IMG/VR virus record: IMGVR_UViG_3300033513_000026
Location: 1 to 39,832 of that record
Length of the DNA stretch: 39,832 nt
DNA from: a virus
Taxonomy: Duplodnaviria > Caudoviricetes
Reading direction: 5' to 3' (one strand)
The notes below the pieces were generated by a model. It did not search any database, was not told the DNA's origin, and saw nothing but the letters and a program-made list of their open reading frames with translations. This document shows, one piece after another, positions 34,116 to 39,832 of this stretch. Every line of letters begins with the position of its first letter. The stretch's first letter is position 1. A program made the translations under genes and the position numbers.

Positions 34116-34469
34116 ATGACCAAACTTAAACCGTTTTTATTGGTGGCGTTGCTGTTTTGCATCAATGCCAATGCTATCGAACAGGATAAACTGCTACATG
34201 CTGGTGGAAGTTATGCAGTGGCAATCACCACATCTTTCCTTGTGGAAGATTCCGACCACCCAGTTCTGTACAGCTTCGCGGCTGGTATGGTTCCGGGATT
34301 GGTGAAATATGCGCATGATCGGCAAGTCTCTGGATTCTATGCACGGGAAAAAAATCAAGACATGATTGCAAATGTCATTGGGGCTGCTTCGGGAGCATGG
34401 ATTGGGCACGGTCTGTTTGTATATGCGTCAAAAAAGCAGGCCGGTATTGGTGTCACTGTAGGATTTTGA
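34116..34469 (+). CDS. Exported/membrane protein, YfiM/DUF2279-like
   Basis: Signal peptide (ANA), 'DKLLHAGGS', 'GLVKYAHD' and 'DMIANVIGA'. Confidence 0.6.
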   Translation: MTKLKPFLLVALLFCINANAIEQDKLLHAGGSYAVAITTSFLVEDSDHPVLYSFAAGMVPGLVKYAHDRQVSGFYAREKNQDMIANVIGAASGAWIGHGLFVYASKKQAGIGVTVGF

Positions 34470-34480
34470 GGGAGATGGAA

Positions 34481-34711
34481 ATGGATAAAGTAAACCTGTT
34501 CGAGCAACAAGCGCGTATGGATGCCTCAACATCGAAAGCGATAAATGAGATGTTTGAGAGAATCAAGAGCCAGCAGAAAAGGAATAAGCTGTTCGGCTTC
34601 AAGGATTCCACATTTGAATGCCAGTGTGAAAATTCGGGTGAGTGTGATTCATGCGTAGCAAGTCGCTCTGACGAGCATTTTGATCGTAAACGTGATGGAG
34701 AGATGAAATGA
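34481..34711 (+). CDS. Hypothetical protein
   Basis: GGAG RBS before MDKVNLF; C-terminal Cys cluster. Confidence 0.5.
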   Translation: MDKVNLFEQQARMDASTSKAINEMFERIKSQQKRNKLFGFKDSTFECQCENSGECDSCVASRSDEHFDRKRDGEMK

Positions 34712-35913
34712 CAACTAAAGGAGAGAATATGATTAAGGCTTACAAGGGGTTTGACAAGAACCTGCAATGCCGTTGTTTCCAATTCGAGATTGGCGGCGAA
34801 TACACACATGATGGGGAGGTTGAAGCTTGTGCAAGCGGGTTCCATTCGTGCGAATACCCGCTTGACGTGTTCGGATACTATGCGCCAGCCGAGAGTCGAT
34901 TCTGCGAGGTCAAGGCGTCGGGCGAAATGTCACGCCACGAATACGACAGCAAGGTGGCATCGCAACACCTGAAAGTGGTTGCGGAAATCGGGCTGGCTGG
35001 TTTGATTAAAGCCGCGATTGATTACACGTTTTCGCGCACCACGAAAGACAATGGTTCTAGCAGCACTGGGAATCGAGGCGCGGCAAGCAGCACTGGGTAT
35101 CGAGGCGCGGCAAGCAGCACTGGGGATTATGGCGCGGCAAGCAGCACTGGGAATCAAGGCGCGGCAAGCAGCACTGGGGATTATGGCGCGGCAAGCAGCA
35201 CTGGGGATTATGGCGCGGCAAGCAGCACTGGGTATCGAGGCGCGGCAAGCAGCACTGGGAATCGAGGCGCGGCAAGCAGCACTGGGTATCGAGGCGCGGC
35301 AAGCAGCACTGGGAATCAAGGCGCGGCAAGCAGCACTGGGGATTATGGCGCGGCAAGCAGCACTGGGGATTATGGCGCGGCAAGCAGCACTGGGAATCGA
35401 GGCGCGGCAAGCAGCACTGGGGATTATGGCGCGGCAAGCAGCACTGGGTATCGAGGCGCGGCAAGCAGCACTGGGGATTATGGCGCGGCGTCCAGCACCG
35501 GATACCAAGGCGCGGCGTCCAGCACCGGAAACTGTGGCGCGGCGTCCAGCACCGGAAACTATGGCGCGGCGTCCAGCACCGGAAACTATGGCGCGGCGTC
35601 CAGCACCGGAAACTGTGGCGCGGCGTCCAGCACCGGAAACTATGGCGCGGCGTCCAGCACCGGAAACTGTGGCGCGGCGTCCAGCACCGGAAACTATGGC
35701 GCGGCGTCCAGCACCGGAAAGCATTCTGTCGCCCTAGCGTGCGGCTATGAAGGCCGCGCAATGGCCGGAGAAACAGGAGCTATTATACTGGTGCATCGCA
35801 ATGACAACGGCGAAATCGTCCATATCCGCGCAAGCAAGGTAGGCGAGAACGGTATCAAGCCTAATGTGTGGTACGTTTTGGATGCTGATGGTAACTTTCA
35901 GGAGGTTCAATAA
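34708..35913 (+). CDS. DUF7666-like protein with GAASSTGxx solenoid repeats
   Basis: 'KAYKGFDKNLQCR.FQFEIG..C.SGFHSCEYPLDVFGYY' N-terminus, 25 repeats, and C-terminal 'IKPNVWYVLD'. Confidence 0.8.
   Translation: MTTKGENMIKAYKGFDKNLQCRCFQFEIGGEYTHDGEVEACASGFHSCEYPLDVFGYYAPAESRFCEVKASGEMSRHEYDSKVASQHLKVVAEIGLAGLIKAAIDYTFSRTTKDNGSSSTGNRGAASSTGYRGAASSTGDYGAASSTGNQGAASSTGDYGAASSTGDYGAASSTGYRGAASSTGNRGAASSTGYRGAASSTGNQGAASSTGDYGAASSTGDYGAASSTGNRGAASSTGDYGAASSTGYRGAASSTGDYGAASSTGYQGAASSTGNCGAASSTGNYGAASSTGNYGAASSTGNCGAASSTGNYGAASSTGNCGAASSTGNYGAASSTGKHSVALACGYEGRAMAGETGAIILVHRNDNGEIVHIRASKVGENGIKPNVWYVLDADGNFQEVQ
35059..35724 (+). repeat. 27-bp coding tandem repeat, ~25 units
   Basis: Units encode GAASSTG plus two variable residues; two synonymous codon blocks. 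Confidence 0.95.
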
Positions 35914-36128
35914 TGACCAAGAAGCTAAAGCTGTCTCAGTGGCACGATGGGAATGTTAAGCCAGTGCATGTTGGAATATATGAACGCCAATATCATTATA
36001 ATACTATGCTTAATTACTGGAATGGTGAGTCGTGGAGATGGCCCGCTGATGGATATTTGATGGCGTGGACACTGCGTCATGAGTTAAGCTCATCTCAAAC
36101 TTTGCCATGGAGAGGGATCGTAAAATGA
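35913..36128 (+). CDS. Hypothetical protein
   Basis: 'WHDGNVKPVHVGIYER..YWNGESW..LPWRG'; GGAGG RBS. Confidence 0.6.
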   Translation: MTKKLKLSQWHDGNVKPVHVGIYERQYHYNTMLNYWNGESWRWPADGYLMAWTLRHELSSSQTLPWRGIVK

Positions 36129-36322
36129 CGAAACGCAATCCTGATTTTCTAATCCGAATCGCCCGCACCATTGGGAAATATCGCTATTACCGAACTCTGT
36201 TTGGCCGGATCGCATCTATTTCGATGGCGTGGAGAATGGCAAAATGAGTGGTGCAGATTGGTGGCAACAGCAGCATCTTGAAGAACAGGAATTTTTTGAA
36301 CTTACGAATAAAGGAACAGATT

Positions 36323-36982
36323 ATGAGCATAGCAACAATCATCTTAGGGCAAAGCGGAACAGGCAAATCATCCAGTCTTCGCAACCTCGATCCGGCCAAT
36401 ACGCTGCTAATCCAAGCAATCAGAAAACCACTCCCTTTTAAGGCTGACGGCTGGAAGATTGCCACTAAAGAAGGTGGAAATATCTTCGTAGCTGACAAAT
36501 CTCCCGCGATCATTCACGCAATGACCAAAACTCAGCGTGATATAATCGTGATTGATGATTTTCAGTACACTATGGCAAACGAATTTATGCGCCGGGTGAC
36601 TGACCAAGAGCAAGGGAATTCGGCTTTCCAGAAGTACAACGAAATTGCCAAGGCCGCATGGGACATTCTCAATTGCGCATCAAATCTTCCCGACCACAAG
36701 CGCGTATATCTACTATCGCATACACAGACTGACGATAGCGGGAACGTGAAGATCAAGACCATCGGAAAGCTGTTGGATGAGAAGATCACCATTGAAGGTA
36801 TGGTAAGCATAGTCCTACGTACAAACGTGGTCAACGGCAATTACCTTTTCTCCACCCGCAACAATGGAAACGATACAACTAAGTCGCCAATCGGTCTCTT
36901 TGAAGATGAACTCATAGAGAACGATTTGGCACTCGTTGACGCAGCAATTTACAAATACTACGACCTTAAGGAGCAAGCATGA
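36323..36982 (+). CDS. Sak4-like AAA_24 ATPase (single-strand annealing recombinase)
   Basis: Walker A 'GQSGTGKS', 'KPLPFK', Walker B 'IVIDDFQY', 'KTIGKLLDEK'; upstream of an SSB. Confidence 0.8.
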   Translation: MSIATIILGQSGTGKSSSLRNLDPANTLLIQAIRKPLPFKADGWKIATKEGGNIFVADKSPAIIHAMTKTQRDIIVIDDFQYTMANEFMRRVTDQEQGNSAFQKYNEIAKAAWDILNCASNLPDHKRVYLLSHTQTDDSGNVKIKTIGKLLDEKITIEGMVSIVLRTNVVNGNYLFSTRNNGNDTTKSPIGLFEDELIENDLALVDAAIYKYYDLKEQA

Positions 36983-37599
36983 GCTACAACCTCGACACAC
37001 AAGCAGCAGCAAAAGCAGACAACATTTTTTCCAAGATTGAACAAAAGGGTAAATATCTAGGGACGATTACCCGCGCCGAGCAAACAATCAGTGATAAAGG
37101 AACAAAGGGAATTGATTTCTCTTTCAAATCCAACACCGGAGAAACAGCAGATTATCTAACGCTCTGGACGCACAAAGAGGATGGAACCGCCCTGCCTGGA
37201 TATAACGCTCTCATGGCAATCATGACATGCCTCAGGCTTCGTTCTATCAGCCCAAGCGACGGCGAAATTGAGAAGTGGGACAATGACCAGCAGAAGCGCG
37301 TCAAAACAAGCGCAACGCTGTTTAAAGACCTGATGAACAAGCCAATCGGTTTCATTCTTTACATGGAAGAATATCCCAAGAAGGCTGGCGGAACAGGATG
37401 GAAACCCGTTATTTATTCTGTATTTGATGAACATGGATTTACCGCGAGCGAGATACTTTCCAAGGCCGTCAAAGCTGAAACGCTCGACAAGATGCTTACG
37501 GTGCTGAAAGATAAGCCAATGCGCAAATCCGAACATGCGGCCCACGCAGAAGAACAGCGTCCGGCAAATAATCCTTTCGACGATGACATTCCGTTCTGA
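36979..37599 (+). CDS. Single-stranded DNA-binding protein (DUF669-like)
   Basis: OB-like 'GKYLGTITRAE', acidic C-terminal tail DDDIPF; paired with the Sak4-like gene. Confidence 0.75.
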   Translation: MSYNLDTQAAAKADNIFSKIEQKGKYLGTITRAEQTISDKGTKGIDFSFKSNTGETADYLTLWTHKEDGTALPGYNALMAIMTCLRLRSISPSDGEIEKWDNDQQKRVKTSATLFKDLMNKPIGFILYMEEYPKKAGGTGWKPVIYSVFDEHGFTASEILSKAVKAETLDKMLTVLKDKPMRKSEHAAHAEEQRPANNPFDDDIPF

Positions 37600-37641
37600 T
37601 ACAACCACTTGCGATTTTCTTAACTTTTTCACGAAAACCGC

Positions 37642-37670
37642 TTGACATGCTCCATTCTCTCCTGTAAAGT
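37642..37670 (+). promoter_or_regulatory. Sigma70 promoter for the small early genes
   Basis: TTGACA-N17-TAAAGT. Confidence 0.7.
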
Positions 37671-37708
37671 TCTATCCATCATCAACGCAGCGCTAACTAC
37701 AGGAGAGA

Positions 37709-37963
37709 ATGAACATGGTAACGCGTTTTGTTAAATTGGCTGGGAAGGTATATCAACTCACATTCGACGATGAAGCTGTTCTCGATACTGTTTTCCAGAT
37801 TTCGAGAGATAGTGCACCAAAGCAGTTGAATAGTAAAAATACCGCAGTTCAAAAATTCGTGCGCGCTCAAGTTCAACTATTTAATGGGTTCTGCATGAAT
37901 GTTGATTCTAAACTTCACATCCTAAGCAGGAGTGATGTTGCCGGATACAACGTGGTTTCTTAA
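37709..37963 (+). CDS. Hypothetical protein
   Basis: AGGAGA RBS; first gene after the promoter. Confidence 0.6.
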   Translation: MNMVTRFVKLAGKVYQLTFDDEAVLDTVFQISRDSAPKQLNSKNTAVQKFVRAQVQLFNGFCMNVDSKLHILSRSDVAGYNVVS

Positions 37964-37976
37964 GGAGAGAATGAAC

Positions 37977-38270
37977 ATGACGGACAGACATACACCGGGG
38001 CCGTGGATACCTGATCTTGGTGAAGTTTACCGAGTCCGCTCACAGCAAGACGGAGGACAGATCGCAATCATGATGAACCTAAAAGGTGCTGGCCTAAGGG
38101 CTGGGGATGAGGTCGCTGCCAACGCTCGCCTTATCGCCGCCGCTCCTGATCTTCTAGAGGCGCTCGGAAATTGCGTGTCATTGCTGTCTGCATATACCAA
38201 TGATGATGCGGTTGGAATTGTAATTCTAGAACAGGCCCGTTCCGCAATCGCTAAAGCAAAGGGAGAATGA
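37977..38270 (+). CDS. Hypothetical phage protein ('HTPGPW...ANARLIAAAPDLLEAL' family)
   Basis: Recognisable widespread motif; RBS upstream. Confidence 0.75.
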   Translation: MTDRHTPGPWIPDLGEVYRVRSQQDGGQIAIMMNLKGAGLRAGDEVAANARLIAAAPDLLEALGNCVSLLSAYTNDDAVGIVILEQARSAIAKAKGE

Positions 38271-38272
38271 AC

Positions 38273-38446
38273 ATGAAAACCTTTTTCATTGCCTGTGCAC
38301 TATTTTGCCTCATGCTTGCAGTAACTCTAATAGATGATGTTCGTGACGGTTCATATGCAGCTATTATGGTTTTTGCATGGTTAAACATCGCAACCGGAGT
38401 ATGTATTGCGTTTTTTTATGCAACACTGATGTCGGAGAGATCATGA
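38273..38446 (+). CDS. Small two-TM membrane protein (57 aa)
   Basis: Manual translation MKTFFIACALFCLMLAVTLIDD...GVCIAFFYATLMSERS*; GGAGA RBS. Confidence 0.55.
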   Translation: MKTFFIACALFCLMLAVTLIDDVRDGSYAAIMVFAWLNIATGVCIAFFYATLMSERS

Positions 38447-38613
38447 TAATCCCTCACCTCTCCATGACAGTTCTACAAGCTCACCAGCTTGCTAAACAAC
38501 ATGGAATGTTCCTGATAAGGAATAAACAGGGAGAGTTTCGTATCTCTCCGGTAATTCCAGAAGGATGGGTGAGGGATGGTGCGTGGATTAAACAAGGAAA
38601 GGACATGAAATGA
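38443..38613 (+). CDS. Hypothetical protein
   Basis: GGAGA RBS and ATGA overlap. Confidence 0.5.
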   Translation: MIIPHLSMTVLQAHQLAKQHGMFLIRNKQGEFRISPVIPEGWVRDGAWIKQGKDMK

Positions 38614-38894
38614 GCATAACTCTTCAAGATTACTGCGACATATTGGGAATTGAACTCAACATCACATACTACCCAAATCAACAGGGAAGATGGTGCGCTT
38701 CTTTTGGAAGCAAGTGCGAATTTAAAGAAAACGAACACTCCAAGGTTCTGTCTTCAACGCATGGAAATGCAACCACTCCAGATATGGCTATTGCCACTTT
38801 GTTAGATAAGATACGCGGTAAATGGCTCGTCATAAATGCCACGAATCCAGAAAAACGGCGCGAGTATCAAGTACCACATAATCTAGTACCATAA
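38610..38894 (+). CDS. Hypothetical protein
   Basis: AAGGA RBS; 94 aa. Confidence 0.55.
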   Translation: MSITLQDYCDILGIELNITYYPNQQGRWCASFGSKCEFKENEHSKVLSSTHGNATTPDMAIATLLDKIRGKWLVINATNPEKRREYQVPHNLVP

Positions 38895-38929
38895 GGCACA
38901 AAATCTTTAACCACAAAAGGAGCAACAAA

Positions 38930-39280
38930 GTGAACATTGAGGACTTGACGTTGAAGCAAATCCGCGAAATTTCCGCTTTGGTTGGCGGACAGAAGATGCA
39001 CACAGATTCACCGTATATAACGGCACTGATCGGGAAGAATGTCATTGTGCGCACAGTGACAATGATCTATACCGGCAAGCTGTTGGAAGTAACTCCTACC
39101 GACTTCGTGCTTGTTGATTGCTCATGGATTCCAGAAACAGACCGTTTTGCGCAGTTTGTTGCAAACGGTTCTGTGCGTGAATGCGAGCCTTACCCGGAAG
39201 GACTCCCTGTCGCAATCAGCAGGGGTGCATATCTTGATATGTGCGAACTGAAAAAAGACCTGCCACGGAGACAGAAGTAA
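38930..39280 (+). CDS. Sm/SH3-like small phage protein (DUF6948-like)
   Basis: 'IGKNVIVRTVTMIYTGKL..V...FVL.DCSWI'; AAGGAG RBS. Confidence 0.6.
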   Translation: MNIEDLTLKQIREISALVGGQKMHTDSPYITALIGKNVIVRTVTMIYTGKLLEVTPTDFVLVDCSWIPETDRFAQFVANGSVRECEPYPEGLPVAISRGAYLDMCELKKDLPRRQK

Positions 39281-39357
39281 TGAACGCCGCATTATTGCAT
39301 GAACAATGGTCGTGGTCGGGGTCGCGGTCGCGGTCGGGGTCGGGGTCGTGGTCATAA
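39280..39357 (+). CDS. 25-aa Ser-alternating micro-protein
   Basis: MNAALLHEQWSWSGSRSRSGSGSWS*; start and stop both overlap neighbours (TAATG). Confidence 0.55.
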   Translation: MNAALLHEQWSWSGSRSRSGSGSWS

Positions 39358-39590
39358 TGCGTTTTTTTGTCCTTTCCCTAATCCTTTATTCACATACCAT
39401 AGCTGCTGGTTATGCAGAGCAAATCATCGCAAAGCATCACTACTTCATGTCCGGCAAGGTTTGCAGCAACCAGGAAGACGTGAATGATTACGGAAATGGG
39501 GATTGGGTAAGGTGCATATTGCACGAACGGGAAGACTTAAACGTCAAGTGGCGCTCGTGGCGTCCGGCTGGGTTAGAGATAGGAGAATAG
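39357..39590 (+). CDS. Hypothetical exported protein
   Basis: MRFFVLSLILYSHTIAA signal-like N-terminus; TAATG coupling. Confidence 0.45.
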   Translation: MRFFVLSLILYSHTIAAGYAEQIIAKHHYFMSGKVCSNQEDVNDYGNGDWVRCILHEREDLNVKWRSWRPAGLEIGE

Positions 39591-39593
39591 AAC

Positions 39594-39832
39594 ATGAAAT
39601 TTGAACCGCAATGCAAGAAACGGAGCGACCTGTATAGGGAATGGGCGATGGTGTTGGATATGTGCGAGGCTGCTGGAATATCTACATATGGCACATGGAA
39701 ATTTGATGGAATTGTGCAAGCAAATAAACCAATCCTTAGCCTCGCCAAGCTAGAAGAATACGAATTCGCCATTGCCATCGTAGAGGGTAAGCCGGTGTTT
39801 CGTGGCGATAAGGTGTATGATACTACTACCGG
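39594..39832 (+). CDS. 5' part of the hypothetical protein that continues to 350
   Basis: MKFEPQCKKRSDLYREW... in frame through the terminal repeat. Confidence 0.7.
   Translation, partial: MKFEPQCKKRSDLYREWAMVLDMCEAAGISTYGTWKFDGIVQANKPILSLAKLEEYEFAIAIVEGKPVFRGDKVYDTTT
39706..39832. repeat. Terminal direct repeat, right copy
   Basis: Identical to 1-127. Confidence 0.95.

Noticed and set aside
35059-35724. Possible CRISPR array or DGR
   Set aside because: The variable part is only 6 nt and in frame in a protein; there are no unique spacers, cas genes or reverse transcriptase. The alternative-frame ORFs here are repeat artefacts.

Overview
The window is an apparently complete, circularly permuted genome of a ~39.7 kb tailed dsDNA phage; the first and last 127 bp are identical, which is an assembly overlap. 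It looks podovirus-like: N4-gp56-type capsid, portal, tubular tail A/B-like proteins, ejection proteins and no tape measure. The host is probably a beta- or gammaproteobacterium (inference). The minus strand carries replication, nin, packaging, head, tail and lysis genes, and the plus strand from 34.1 kb carries early and recombination genes. I recognise no integrase and no CI-type repressor. Main observations: (1) The terminase large subunit has an intein in its Walker A motif. The intein's HNH homing endonuclease is a separate gene on the opposite strand, with its own extended -10 promoter and RBS, while the intein frame stays open. (2) A ~290 bp non-coding hub (26324-26611) packs host chromosome-management signals in the order SlmA-like site, DnaA boxes, IHF site, XerCD dif-like site, DnaA boxes, SlmA-like site. 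(3) A Tlde1/DUF2778 L,D-transpeptidase-fold gene sits where the endolysin should be. (4) A PurD-like ATP-grasp ligase and a glycosyltransferase/methyltransferase cluster lie inside the virion operon. All family calls come from motif recognition by eye, not database searches.
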